Shown here piece by piece: positions 13,946 through 23,634 of a stretch of 47,211 bases of DNA. The DNA lies in IMG/VR virus record IMGVR_UViG_3300045988_030428, one strand, 5' to 3'. Position 1 is the stretch's first letter, and every line of letters starts with the position of its first letter. Below the pieces are notes generated by a model, which did not search any database, was not told the DNA's origin, and worked only from the letters and a program-made list of their open reading frames with translations. This stretch comes from a virus. The position numbers and the translations under genes are program-made.

Positions 13946-15586
13946 TCACAATGCTGTTGCAGTACCGTTTATGTACTTTTTGACCGTGTGATTTGTAAAA
14001 TCGATCATGATCCCGTCGCTTCCGGTACGGTTTCCAAGCCACAGCTTGTGCGCGGAATCTTCAAAGATCTTCTGTATGAATGCGGGCGTCGTGTTTCCAA
14101 GTTCCAAAGTAGGGTTGCTTCCTTCAACATAAAGGCCCATTTTGTACGTCCCGTCCGTGTAAATCTCCATGCCGTTGGAAAGCATCTTCGCATAATCCTG
14201 TTTGCTCTCCTGCGCGTAGATCGTGCAGCCGACAATATCAATGGCACTGAGTGTGCCCGCCGTGATCTCGTCAGCGTTCAGATTCTTCACATCGATCTTG
14301 CTTGCGTCGATGGAGCCGATCTTCACGTTTCCCTGAATGTTCACGCCATCCTTGGAAAGCGTGATGGACGCGCCGTTTTCAGCCGCAGAATAGGATAACG
14401 TCAAACTGTTCAGATTCAGGTCTATCGCGCTCTGAACTTCCGCCGCGCCGACTTTCCCGCGAACAGCAAGGGAAATCTCCTCTGTAGTCTTGCGTATCTC
14501 AGAAACGGAAACAGCCGTCTTGCGTTCTTCCTTCGTCCTCCCCTGATACGGGTATTCGTGGTTGACCTCTGTATCTATCGGTGCTTCAATGCTGGCGCTC
14601 ATGGAGACGCCAATTGTGAACACAGCAGATGCAACAATGGAATTCTTTCCATTCGGGCTTACGCTGTCTCCAAGCTCGATAGCCGGATTCAGCCTCGCCG
14701 TACCAGCAGAATATGGAAGATACGACACGCCACCAAGCAGGCTATTCACATAATCGCAAATTGCCTGCGTCGCATAGATACAGTCCGCTTGAATCTCATA
14801 GCCTGACGTGCCGGAAGAATACTGCGTATCCCCATCTGGATAAAGCGTGATCCTTCCAATCGTCACCATGTCGGAAAGCGCGTCGTAGGATGCGACGCGC
14901 GTCGTATCGACCGTAGACGGAGAAACAAGCCGTACAAGCCGAAGCTTGTTTTCTTCGGTAATGATGAAGTTGCCGCCGGACGCAGCCGCGATTCCAGAAA
15001 GCACCTCTCGCATCGTATAAAGCCCTACAGGGCTGTCAATGCTGTAAGGTGCAATCTGGTTGCGGCTGTCCGTTTCCACGCCGAGAGCCGCCGCGATGTA
15101 CGCCACAGCGGCATCCATCGTCATAGAGCCTGCCGGACTTGGGAATTCCTGCTCTGCCGCAAGCATCCGGTCGTATGCCGTGATGGTCATAATGCCGTTT
15201 GCGGCGGTTTCTCTTGTGTCAATGTAGAACGTTCCGAATGGAATCCAGCCAGTCACGACCGAATACGCACCGGCCAGAATGTACCCATCGTCCGTTTTGA
15301 TGATGTTCCCAGCCTCGTCCGTGACCAATGTGGTGGGCTCGTAGTTCGTGAGCCGGACATAGCATTCAATTTTTGCTGCCGTGGGAATCGTTCCTTCCGG
15401 CCTGAATACCATGTCCAGCATTGCGGACGTAGCCTGACCAATGGTCAGTTTGTCCATCATGGATTTCGTGATCTGCGCGGACTTGATAGACCCGTAGGTG
15501 TATGTGACCCCGTTTATGACGGCCTTGAATTCAGTTTTGTGGTCGATTTCAAAAACGTTGTTCCAGTTGCTCGGAACTGACTGCAT
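13946..15586 (-). CDS. Tail-associated/baseplate hub protein (Tal-like, prophage tail endopeptidase family position)
   Basis: 546 aa. It is the second gene after the tape measure, the canonical Dit-Tal position in siphoviruses. Confidence 0.65.
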   Translation of the reverse strand: MQSVPSNWNNVFEIDHKTEFKAVINGVTYTYGSIKSAQITKSMMDKLTIGQATSAMLDMVFRPEGTIPTAAKIECYVRLTNYEPTTLVTDEAGNIIKTDDGYILAGAYSVVTGWIPFGTFYIDTRETAANGIMTITAYDRMLAAEQEFPSPAGSMTMDAAVAYIAAALGVETDSRNQIAPYSIDSPVGLYTMREVLSGIAAASGGNFIITEENKLRLVRLVSPSTVDTTRVASYDALSDMVTIGRITLYPDGDTQYSSGTSGYEIQADCIYATQAICDYVNSLLGGVSYLPYSAGTARLNPAIELGDSVSPNGKNSIVASAVFTIGVSMSASIEAPIDTEVNHEYPYQGRTKEERKTAVSVSEIRKTTEEISLAVRGKVGAAEVQSAIDLNLNSLTLSYSAAENGASITLSKDGVNIQGNVKIGSIDASKIDVKNLNADEITAGTLSAIDIVGCTIYAQESKQDYAKMLSNGMEIYTDGTYKMGLYVEGSNPTLELGNTTPAFIQKIFEDSAHKLWLGNRTGSDGIMIDFTNHTVKKYINGTATAL

Positions 15587-15594
15587 GGTATCAC

Positions 15595-15960
15595 CTACTT
15601 TTCAATGAGGGGGAACGTGATTCCGTCCCAATACTCGCGCCCGTCCGACTTCTTGATGCAGAAGGACGCAGGGTTGTTGTTGGAATACATCGTTTTTGTA
15701 ACTGTGCCGCCCTCCTGCGGATCTGTGTACTGTACCTCGACAAAAACAGGCATGATCGCAGACAGAAGGTCGGAAGCCTCCGAAAGGAGCAGCGGGCGGC
15801 ACGTAACGTCTAGCCTGACTTTCGTAGCGACGCGCGTTCGCTCCATATTGCCGTCCAGCATACGCCCAGTGTCTGGGGAGTCTACGTCGTTCCTCGTCCA
15901 CTTGAAGCCACGGAACGCAATGTAATCCGTAATGTCTACTCCGTTTATCTTTACTGTCAT
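15595..15960 (-). CDS. Distal tail protein-like (short form)
   Basis: 121 aa, immediately downstream of the tape measure, with a GGGAGG RBS. Product: MTVKINGVDITDYIAFRGFKWTRNDVDSPDTGRMLDG... Confidence 0.5.
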   Translation of the reverse strand: MTVKINGVDITDYIAFRGFKWTRNDVDSPDTGRMLDGNMERTRVATKVRLDVTCRPLLLSEASDLLSAIMPVFVEVQYTDPQEGGTVTKTMYSNNNPASFCIKKSDGREYWDGITFPLIEK

Positions 15961-15969
15961 AGTGCCTCC

Positions 15970-18357
15970 CTACACGCCGGACAGCGCCGCACCGTACATA
16001 CGGTTTCTCCGATTCTGCCCCGCCGTGATCTCTCTGCCGTCGAGATAAACGCGCGTATCGCTCTTGCCAATTCCGGACACCAGCGGAGCCATCGCGCGGT
16101 ACACGCCGTCGGACACTGCCTCAACGATCTGGTCATTATTCGCTACAGCCGTCCGTCCGCCGATAGAGCCGACAAACTCAGGCCCTGCCTCTCTCGCCAT
16201 GAAGAGATCGCCGGAGGTAACAAAGCCGCCGGAAGCGAATCTGCCGACAGTGTGCGAGAACTTAGGCTTTACAACGTTGCTGGCAGCCGGAAGCTTTGTG
16301 CTGCTTCCGAAATCGAAAATGCTTGCGATTGACGCTTTTGCGTCAGATATCCATGGGACAATGCTGACAGCCCACCATGCCTTGATATCATCGAATACGC
16401 CCTTGATTTTATCCGGTATCGTGTTCCAGTCGAATTCTTTCCCGATTGAAGAATAGCCATCTGCAAGCATTGGAAGACCGACCGTTGCGCCGACGCCGGA
16501 AAATACGAGTACAGAACCAATCGCGATTTTGCCGACACTTTCTGCCGACCTCTTGATTTTCTCCCATGCTTTCGTCAGCCAAGCATTCACGGAATCCCAG
16601 TTGGCCGCAGTTACCGCACCATACCCGGTGATGCCAGCAATTATCAGCGCAATTCCAAGCGGAAGCCCGACACCCGTGAACACGAGAACTAGGCCAACCG
16701 CGAGAAGCAACGTGGAGCCTATCACAGCGATTTTCCCGAACACTCCCTGCAACTGATCCTTTATGTAATCCCAATTGACGGCGACTACGCCAGCCAGCCC
16801 GGCCGCACCGGCAATCATAAGTCCAATCCCAAGCGGGAGATTCGCACCGGAGAATGTAAGCACACAACCCAAAACAAGCAATCCGGCAGACACAGCAGCG
16901 AGGATTTTCCCGAGCGTCCCTTGCAATTGCTTTTTCATTCGCTCCCAGTCGAGTTTCGCCGCCGCTCCAAGAACCGCCGCGCCTGTCAGAATAAGGCCAA
17001 TGCCAAGAGGAATATTCGCGCCGGAGAATGCAAGAATCACGCCAACAACAAGCACACCCGCACCGACGGCAATCATGATCTTCTCGATTGTATCTTTGAC
17101 CTTTTCGGTCATTTCGTCCCAGTTCGCCGCAATTTCTTTCGCAAATAGATACGCGCCCGCAGCCATGAGGCCGAGGCCCAGCAGAATGTTTGCGCCAGAG
17201 AATGTAAGAATTGCACCGATAACGAACATCCCGAGTGCAGACGTCAGGATTCCGTATGCGGAAGTAACGAATTCCTGAATCCTTGTTAGGACTTCTGCAA
17301 ATTTCTGTGCTTTTTCGCTGATCTGTGCTTCCTCGAACATATCCGAGTAGTCCGCGCCAACGGCTCCGCCGCCTCCACCCTTGTTTTCATCGTTCAGACG
17401 GTTGATCTCATCGAAGCCGAGCAGCGTCTTTTGCAGTTCCTTTGCTGCGCCGGATGCACTCTTGAGGCTCTTCGCATAGTCCACGGTGTTCTTTTTTGCC
17501 TTTGTGAATGTGCTTTGACCTCTCAGTGCTTGGAAGAACTGATTGACTGCATTTGCCGCCGTTATAAATGCGCTTGCAATTGTGTTAATAACGGGGAGCA
17601 ACGCTGCAAGTGCAGGCATGACCGCCGCGCCAACGGAATTTTTGACCTGTAGCAATGTTGACGCATACTCGGACATGGTGGCGTTTGCGGCCGCCGCGTC
17701 TGTGCTGTTCAGGGCGGCGCTGTACTGCACGAGATTGTTCACGCCCTCTTTGCAGGCCGTAGATATTCCCTTGATCGCGGAACGAACTACGCGATACACA
17801 GCGATACGCCCAAGAGATTTTACCAATCCCTTTATCTGGCTCCCTATTGCAGAGAGTGGAAATATCGCCGCCTTCGCCGCGCCGATAACACCTTTATTTA
17901 ATGCCTCCGAGAAAGCCTTGAAGTCAGATACGGACGTTCTCGCAGCGTCGCCAGCTTCCATGACCTGTTCCGTCACTTGCCCGACTTCAACTTCATCCGC
18001 CGCGCCCATTTGCACCGCCGCAGCTGGAGCATTTGCCGGAGTGCCGGTATTCCTCGGCCCATTCGCCGCGCCTGCTACAGCGTTCACGTTCTGTGCAGCC
18101 TCTCTAAGGTTTGAGAAGTCAATATCCGCAATGCCCTGTAGCGCCTGTAATGTCGTTGAAAGGCCGTCGTTCGCGCCCGTGACATTATTTATCGCCGTAC
18201 CCAAACTCTTTATCTGGTTGACAGCGGCCTTTAATCCCGCGCCACCGGAAACAGATTGCTTCAACTGCGTCAGCGCCGAAACAAGTCCCTCTATTCCGCT
18301 CGAGGCGTCCGAAGCGCTTTTTTTAATCTCAATTTCAAGTGTTTCAACTGTTGCCAC
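15970..18357 (-). CDS. Tape measure protein
   Basis: 795 aa with a GTG start at 18357. The N-half is Ala-rich and helical. Five hydrophobic repeats of about 58 aa follow. It sits downstream of the G/GT chaperone genes. Confidence 0.85.
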   Translation of the reverse strand: MATVETLEIEIKKSASDASSGIEGLVSALTQLKQSVSGGAGLKAAVNQIKSLGTAINNVTGANDGLSTTLQALQGIADIDFSNLREAAQNVNAVAGAANGPRNTGTPANAPAAAVQMGAADEVEVGQVTEQVMEAGDAARTSVSDFKAFSEALNKGVIGAAKAAIFPLSAIGSQIKGLVKSLGRIAVYRVVRSAIKGISTACKEGVNNLVQYSAALNSTDAAAANATMSEYASTLLQVKNSVGAAVMPALAALLPVINTIASAFITAANAVNQFFQALRGQSTFTKAKKNTVDYAKSLKSASGAAKELQKTLLGFDEINRLNDENKGGGGGAVGADYSDMFEEAQISEKAQKFAEVLTRIQEFVTSAYGILTSALGMFVIGAILTFSGANILLGLGLMAAGAYLFAKEIAANWDEMTEKVKDTIEKIMIAVGAGVLVVGVILAFSGANIPLGIGLILTGAAVLGAAAKLDWERMKKQLQGTLGKILAAVSAGLLVLGCVLTFSGANLPLGIGLMIAGAAGLAGVVAVNWDYIKDQLQGVFGKIAVIGSTLLLAVGLVLVFTGVGLPLGIALIIAGITGYGAVTAANWDSVNAWLTKAWEKIKRSAESVGKIAIGSVLVFSGVGATVGLPMLADGYSSIGKEFDWNTIPDKIKGVFDDIKAWWAVSIVPWISDAKASIASIFDFGSSTKLPAASNVVKPKFSHTVGRFASGGFVTSGDLFMAREAGPEFVGSIGGRTAVANNDQIVEAVSDGVYRAMAPLVSGIGKSDTRVYLDGREITAGQNRRNRMYGAALSGV

Positions 18358-18808
18358 TCATATCACCACTTTTCTTTTTGAAATTCCGCTCCATATTCTT
18401 GAAGAATGCGATTGCCCTTTCTCTCTCACGCTTTACCCGTGCCGCCAGTTCTTCCGGCGTGTCCGGTGTGATCTTCCGGGGTTTGCTCGGATACTCGATA
18501 GGCTTTTTGCCTTTCCCGGCAAAGGCGTTGGCCAGCGCGATAGAAATAGCATCAAAAAAATAAACGCCTTGGAGCCACAATTCATAATTCTTGCTCTCAA
18601 GACGTAATCTGTCTGCTTCAATATAAGGCTTCATCTTGGCGGGATTCATATTCCAGAATCCCGCCTCGCTGATTCCGATCATGAGACATTGCGGAAGATA
18701 CGTCTCAATGCATTCCTCACGAAAGGATGCGTAGTGCTTTTTTACGCAGTTTCCGTCTGGCCCTTGCTGTCCGCCGTTTCCGCTCTCTTGGACAGAGCCT
18801 GAAAAAAA
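18344..18808 (-). CDS. Tail assembly chaperone -1 frameshift extension (T part of the G/GT-like pair)
   Basis: The -1 frame is open from the T7 slippery run to 18344. It reads ...[15 protein letters not shown]...[15 protein letters not shown]... Confidence 0.7.
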   Translation of the reverse strand, partial: FFSGSVQESGNGGQQGPDGNCVKKHYASFREECIETYLPQCLMIGISEAGFWNMNPAKMKPYIEADRLRLESKNYELWLQGVYFFDAISIALANAFAGKGKKPIEYPSKPRKITPDTPEELAARVKRERERAIAFFKNMERNFKKKSGDMSGNS

Positions 18809-19074
18809 CCGCTTTCTTCGACGGCCTGACGGAGAACATCTGCAAGCTCCTCCATCGTACCGCCGTTCAAAATGTGCTTCTCGATCTCTTCTCCTGCCTG
18901 ATCTGCCTTGACGCCCATACACATTGCCGCATAAGCGCGGATAAACATGATGGACTTCGCTTCGATATCGGACATGGGCACGCCCATATCCTCGAACTGA
19001 CAGACCGTGTTGAAGGTGATCTCCTTTGTCGGATACCCCTTCCCGTTAATTACGATTCTCTCCTGCATGCACAT
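18742..19074 (-). CDS. Tail assembly chaperone (gpG-like)
   Basis: 110 aa, between the major tail and tape measure genes. It carries the slippery heptamer near its 3' end. Confidence 0.75.
   Translation of the reverse strand: MCMQERIVINGKGYPTKEITFNTVCQFEDMGVPMSDIEAKSIMFIRAYAAMCMGVKADQAGEEIEKHILNGGTMEELADVLRQAVEESGFFQALSKRAETADSKGQTETA
18802..18808 (-). other. Programmed -1 ribosomal frameshift slippery site (T TTT TTT)
   Basis: Minus strand reads GGT TTT TTT CAG in the G frame. A -1 slip enters the 18344..18922 frame. Confidence 0.7.
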
Positions 19075-19086
19075 TCCTCCATGAAA

Positions 19087-19563
19087 TTAGGCACTTGCCG
19101 TCGGTTTTACTGCCGTGTCCCAGCCAATGTTTCCGTTCGGGGTGATATATGCCGTGTTCTCAAGAACACTGTCAACCTCCGCGCCGGCAAAGCCAAGCGG
19201 CGACGGGTTCCCCGTGAAGAAAAAAGCCTTGGTCAGGCCGGGAACGTAGAATTCCCACCACGTTTTCTTTCCGGCTTCCGCTGCGGTCTTATACTTGTCA
19301 ACAATATCATCCCAAGTCGTTTGCAGATCGTTGGACATATTGAAGGTCACAGCCAGCGCCCCGCCGGGGTCTTTCAGACCGTCGATGTAGGTTTTCCATT
19401 CCGTCGCTTCGAGCGGCGTCGTTTCCAGCGTGGACGGCTCCGGATTCATGTCCGGGAGGCTCTTTGCGCCCTTGATCTGCGTGAAAGCCGCCGGCTTCGT
19501 CCCCGCGACTGTTTCGATAGCATAGCCAAGCAGAATTCCTGCCGTGCTGAGTTCAATTGCCAT
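19087..19563 (-). CDS. Major tail protein
   Basis: 158 aa, in the canonical position upstream of the chaperones, with a strong RBS. Confidence 0.75.
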   Translation of the reverse strand: MAIELSTAGILLGYAIETVAGTKPAAFTQIKGAKSLPDMNPEPSTLETTPLEATEWKTYIDGLKDPGGALAVTFNMSNDLQTTWDDIVDKYKTAAEAGKKTWWEFYVPGLTKAFFFTGNPSPLGFAGAEVDSVLENTAYITPNGNIGWDTAVKPTASA

Positions 19564-19567
19564 TTGG

Positions 19568-19975
19568 CTACCTCCTTAGAAGTCGTTTATTTTCGTCAAC
19601 GACTGTCCGATACCGTGCGTTCATCCGGTAGATGGATGTTTCCGCGTTCGGCAATGTCCTGGGCTGCCTGCCCAGTCTGGCAAAACCCAGCGCTGACATT
19701 TTTTCGTCAATCGTCTGCATGATCTCTTTTGCCTGTGCTTTGCGCCCACTTTTAAGGTTACTGTATACGTTGACCTCATACATGAGCCGAGAGTGGTGTG
19801 AACCTTCCGTATCAAGCGCCGGAAGGTACGCTGCGTTGTCCTCTTCGATAATGCTGACAGCCGGGAAAAACTCAGGAGCGTGGACATACTCGCCAGTCAC
19901 AAAAATGTCCCCGTATTTCGCTTCCAGCGTCGTTGCAACCGCATCGAACACATCTGTCTCAATATCAGGAACCAC
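19568..19975 (-). CDS. Tail terminator/tail completion protein (DUF3168-like)
   Basis: 135 aa. The assignment rests on its position between the neck proteins and the major tail protein. Confidence 0.55.
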   Translation of the reverse strand: MVPDIETDVFDAVATTLEAKYGDIFVTGEYVHAPEFFPAVSIIEEDNAAYLPALDTEGSHHSRLMYEVNVYSNLKSGRKAQAKEIMQTIDEKMSALGFARLGRQPRTLPNAETSIYRMNARYRTVVDENKRLLRR

Positions 19976-20453
19976 CTGTGAACACCTCCCGCGCTATCCG
20001 CAAAATCTCCTGCTGTAGTTCTTTCCCCGTCTGGTACATCGTCGCGGACGGCGGGTTGCCGTATGTATGCAATCCGCCCTTGTCCTTCGGCAGCCACCAT
20101 CCCCTGGGGTCATCCCAATGGCCGTTTCCCGGATATGTTCCTGGCCCGTAGTTCATCGGGGCAGGATGCCCGTATCCGTATGTGACGCCGGAGCCGAATT
20201 CGATGAACAAGACTGCCTCGCCGGATGCAATGATGGAATAGCCATTCTCTATAGGCTCTACAGAGATAGAAACGTCATTGTCTCCCGTGTAGACCGCCCT
20301 TGAAAATCCGAGGGAGGCTTTTGTGGCTCCAATTTCGGCTAGTCGCCGTGTCACTTCATCGATTTTTCTGTCCCACTCAGCATTAAGTTTCCGGATATCC
20401 TTGATGGCCTTATTGATAGACGTGGGATTCAGCTCTATCGTGATCTTCTTCAC
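19965..20453 (-). CDS. HK97 gp10-like neck/head-tail adaptor protein
   Basis: The GTG start at 20453 overlaps the upstream stop (GTGA). Product: KKITIELNPTSINKAIKDIRKLNAEWDRKIDEVTRRLAEIG... Confidence 0.5.
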   Translation of the reverse strand: MKKITIELNPTSINKAIKDIRKLNAEWDRKIDEVTRRLAEIGATKASLGFSRAVYTGDNDVSISVEPIENGYSIIASGEAVLFIEFGSGVTYGYGHPAPMNYGPGTYPGNGHWDDPRGWWLPKDKGGLHTYGNPPSATMYQTGKELQQEILRIAREVFTGGS

Positions 20454-20848
20454 GACACGGACACCTTCTTGATCGCAACCGTCGTGCTGTTGATGGACTT
20501 CGCCACCTTTACGACAACGTAGTCCCACGGGGTAGCCGTGGAGCCGTCAGCGGCGATCTCCGGCGCTTTCTCGATCCAGAGAACCGAAGACTCGTCCAGA
20601 TCCAAATTCTTGTCACAGATCGTTATCGCCCTGTCGTAGTCGGCATTGATCCCGAAGTGTTCATCGTCCAAGGAACCACGCGCGGCAGATACATTCGCTC
20701 TGGCCTCGATGGGATTTCCGTACTTTACCTTGTACTGCCCCGTCCGCTTCCCGCCGGAACGGATTTCCTCGTTCCCGGTATAGTTGGCGTACCAAAACCG
20801 TTTTTCATTGCGTCGGAGCGATCTCAATACGCCACCACCTTTGCGCAT
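20450..20848 (-). CDS. Head closure/head-tail joining protein
   Basis: 132 aa. The assignment is by position. A TTG at 20827 is an alternative start. Confidence 0.5.
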   Translation of the reverse strand: MRKGGGVLRSLRRNEKRFWYANYTGNEEIRSGGKRTGQYKVKYGNPIEARANVSAARGSLDDEHFGINADYDRAITICDKNLDLDESSVLWIEKAPEIAADGSTATPWDYVVVKVAKSINSTTVAIKKVSVS

Positions 20849-21132
20849 ACGTTGTTCCGTATGTAAGAAACCATATCGGAGTATTTGAACACTCTGGAAA
20901 TGCCGTTTTCACTGTGGGACGTCTGGTTTTCCGTGCCGATCAGGTTGTACCCGGCAATGACCGCCATGATCTCGACTGTATCGTAATCGGGAGAAATGGA
21001 TTCAGCCCCAGACCATGACAGTATCTCGCTTTCAGCCATGGAAATGTACGCACCGATCAGCTCTTCGTTCCCGCTCTCTCCGAGAAGAAGCTCCACTCTC
21101 CTGATTTTTTCATCAAATGTCACGATGCGCAC
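20824..21132 (-). CDS. Head-tail connector (gp6-like DNA packaging/adaptor protein)
   Basis: 102 aa, the first gene after the major capsid gene. Confidence 0.55.
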   Translation of the reverse strand: MRIVTFDEKIRRVELLLGESGNEELIGAYISMAESEILSWSGAESISPDYDTVEIMAVIAGYNLIGTENQTSHSENGISRVFKYSDMVSYIRNNVCAKVVAY

Positions 21133-21141
21133 CTCCTGTTA

Positions 21142-22074
21142 TCAGGCGATGGTAAACCAGCCCTTGGTCTTGGGGTTGTCGCCGGATGCGGGCGTGACCT
21201 TTACATAGCCAACGCCAGACTTCGCGTAGTAAGTCTTGCTGGCGTTCACGGTTTCCTCCGTTGCTGCGGTTGCGGTGCCCTTGAATACCTTGACGTCCTT
21301 GGTCTCGTCCGTCAGCGCTGCAAGGTAGTACTTGCGGGAGAAGATGTAGTTCTCGCGCTTGTTCGCCGCGTCCTCGGAGCGATTGTTCGCGATGTTCTGC
21401 TCGACCTCGACGCCCTTCTTGTTGAAGAGAGTGACGGCTTCCTTGGTCGCCACATAGACAGAGCCGGACGTTGCGTCCTTCTTGGTGTAAACGTTCACGC
21501 CTGCAACCGTACCGACATAGCCGTTTCTTGCAAACGACTCCACGTACTGGAGCGTATCCTTGAGTTCCTTCCGGAGTTCTGCAACATCGGCCGGGCTGAC
21601 GAATGCAAAAATGCTCGCGCCCTCAAGGTTTTCAAGGTTGAGCATTGCCTGTGCGTCTGCAAATGCATCAAAGTTCAGTTTGGTGGCAAGGACGACCATA
21701 GTTGCCTTTGCAAACTCGCCGTAAACGTCCTTGTTTACAGTGTTGAACATATCGGAACCGGCGCGGCGCATACCGACGGGGACGATCATGGGGTCTTCCA
21801 TTGCGTCCTCGTCGAGATACTTGAAGCGATTCTGCGCAAGAAGGATCTTGTATTCATCCTGCACATAGCTGACCTCGATTGTCTGAGTGTTGCCGACACC
21901 CTTTGCAAGCTTTTCCGTACCGGCGGTCGCGGAATAACGATTGACCTTTCTGGTCATACCGGCAGTTCCGGTCAGGTTGTTGTCAACCGTGCAGAACTGC
22001 TGGAGATCAAGGTGGGAATTGTACTGATCTTCGATCTCGTTCGAGAGGAAGAAATTGCTATAGGGCTTGTTCAT
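21142..22074 (-). CDS. Major capsid protein (HK97 fold, N4-gp56-like family)
   Basis: 310 aa, directly downstream of the scaffold gene, with capsid-like composition. Confidence 0.8.
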   Translation of the reverse strand: MNKPYSNFFLSNEIEDQYNSHLDLQQFCTVDNNLTGTAGMTRKVNRYSATAGTEKLAKGVGNTQTIEVSYVQDEYKILLAQNRFKYLDEDAMEDPMIVPVGMRRAGSDMFNTVNKDVYGEFAKATMVVLATKLNFDAFADAQAMLNLENLEGASIFAFVSPADVAELRKELKDTLQYVESFARNGYVGTVAGVNVYTKKDATSGSVYVATKEAVTLFNKKGVEVEQNIANNRSEDAANKRENYIFSRKYYLAALTDETKDVKVFKGTATAATEETVNASKTYYAKSGVGYVKVTPASGDNPKTKGWFTIA

Positions 22075-22077
22075 AAA

Positions 22078-22641
22078 TTAGTTACCTCCGTATAATTTTT
22101 CGTACTGCTCTGGGTTCTTCTGAGAGAACTCGAAGCGTTCAGCCACGCTCATCTTGCGTAGGCTGTCCAGTGTGACACCGGCATCCTTCCCTGCGGGCGG
22201 CTTCTGGCCCTTTGCGAGATTCCCCGCATCCGCTGCGGCTTTCAGTGCCTCGTTGTGCTTCTGCTGGTTGGCGAAAACAACGTCCATCTTGCCGTCAGCA
22301 AGGGCCGCCGCCGTATCTGTGGCAAGCTGCTCCGCATAGCCAAGCCCGAGGAACTTCGCCTTGTACTCGGAAACGACCTTCTCTTTTCTGAGTTTTTCAA
22401 GCTCTTCCATGATCCTCTTTTCGTTTGCCGTCCGCTCCGCTGCCGCCGCCTCGTCCTCGGTCATTTTCGATTTGAGCTGCTTGGACAGGTCTGCCGCCTC
22501 GGAAGCCTTGCGGTCGAACACGGCCTTTTCGACGTACTTCGACATATCGACCGGGTCGGCAAATTCCATGCCGGTAATTGCCTCTCTGGCCTCCTGCGGG
22601 AGTGCGTCGAAATTAGGGATTTTGCTGGTGTCGATTTTCAT
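22078..22641 (-). CDS. Scaffolding protein
   Basis: 187 aa. It is highly charged and helical (KQLKSKMTEDEAAAAERTANEKRIMEELEKLRKEK) and lies upstream of the capsid gene. Confidence 0.75.
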   Translation of the reverse strand: MKIDTSKIPNFDALPQEAREAITGMEFADPVDMSKYVEKAVFDRKASEAADLSKQLKSKMTEDEAAAAERTANEKRIMEELEKLRKEKVVSEYKAKFLGLGYAEQLATDTAAALADGKMDVVFANQQKHNEALKAAADAGNLAKGQKPPAGKDAGVTLDSLRKMSVAERFEFSQKNPEQYEKLYGGN

Positions 22642-22753
22642 AATTCATTCTCCTTTGGGATTTAAGGCTTCTCTGCCTGTGTAAAGTGGGCTTTTGCGCT
22701 GATCTCCCAGCGTTTGGGTTTTCAGTTCTTCTCTGAACAAATCTGTGAATAAA

Positions 22754-22795
22754 CAAAAAATGGCCGACAAGAAGGAAAACCCTCTCGTCGGCCAT
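22754..22795 (-). terminator. Rho-independent terminator within the head module
   Basis: Minus strand: ATGGCCGAC...GTCGGCCAT (9-bp stem, 22795-22787 / 22768-22760) followed by TTTTTTG. Confidence 0.65.
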
Positions 22796-22844
22796 GCCTT
22801 GCCGCTTCCATCGGACATCATCTTACCGATGGGCCGATATTTAA

Positions 22845-22979
22845 TTATCTGTCAGGCCGGTATTTCACCTTTCTGGACACGTCCACAACGACGATCCCGG
22901 CCTTTTCGTTCTTGATCTCGGCGATCCCGCCGTTTTTCAAAATCGCCTCTACGGCCGCTATGACTTTTTCGTCCAGCAT
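22845..22979 (-). CDS. Small hypothetical protein (44 aa)
   Basis: AGGGGGTG RBS and ATG at 22979. Product: MLDEKVIAAVEAILKNGGIAEIKNEKAGIVVVDVSRKVKYRPDR. It is below the ORF-track cut-off. Confidence 0.35.
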   Translation of the reverse strand: MLDEKVIAAVEAILKNGGIAEIKNEKAGIVVVDVSRKVKYRPDR

Positions 22980-22983
22980 AGGA

Positions 22984-23634
22984 TCACCCCCTGACAGGTA
23001 CAAGGATGCATCTGCATCCGTAGTGCTCTTTTGGCGGAACCTTGTCTATGTCGTAAACAACGCCGTCCCGTTTGCCGCAATCGTCGCAAACACGATCATC
23101 CTCCATCGTCACCCAGCGCACACGCTTTACGCCGCAGTCGCGGAACGCAGCCAGCATTGCAGCGTCACACGCGCCGATACCGTATTGAAGCGTCTGCGTC
23201 CACCAATAGTTCGCGGAGCGACGGATGTCGGTCTGAAAGTTCTCGCGGCTGTCAAACTCCCTATCCGTAAGAATGCACTCGTTGATCCGCATCCTGCGCC
23301 GCTCAACTTCTTTTTCGTAGATGTAGCGGGTCACCGGATTGTATTCCTGCAAGTAGCTTTCGACCCACTTCGCATCTATTTTTCGCCGTTTCCCGGCGAA
23401 CCCGAGCTGCGACGCCTGACCGAAAGCGAACAGGTAAGCAAAATAGCCTCCGTCTAAATATAGCCGCTCGTTCCGCTGCGAAAGCCGCTTGTACATCTGA
23501 GCCGTGGCCTTGCGCGTGTTCAAAACGTTCAGCTCGTCGAATCCCATAAGAGAGAGCCGATTAAACTCCCTCCTGAGATTGTTCTTGACTGCCGGAAGCG
23601 CCTTGTCCAGTTTGCTGTAGATCGTCGTTTTCAT
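22984..23634 (-). CDS. Head morphogenesis protein (SPP1 gp7/Mu F-like minor capsid protein)
   Basis: AGAGGTGGA RBS. The C-terminal ...VRWVTMEDDRVCDDCGKRDGVVYDIDKVPPKEHYGCRCILVPV is the Mu F-type Cys motif. Confidence 0.8.
   Translation of the reverse strand: MKTTIYSKLDKALPAVKNNLRREFNRLSLMGFDELNVLNTRKATAQMYKRLSQRNERLYLDGGYFAYLFAFGQASQLGFAGKRRKIDAKWVESYLQEYNPVTRYIYEKEVERRRMRINECILTDREFDSRENFQTDIRRSANYWWTQTLQYGIGACDAAMLAAFRDCGVKRVRWVTMEDDRVCDDCGKRDGVVYDIDKVPPKEHYGCRCILVPVRG

Noticed and set aside
18344-18922. 192-aa ORF as an independent gene
   Set aside because: Its N-terminal 60 aa read as junk (RQGRSGRRRDREAHFERR...) and overlap the gpG-like gene. Only the part downstream of the T7 slippery site is meaningful, as the -1 frameshift extension.
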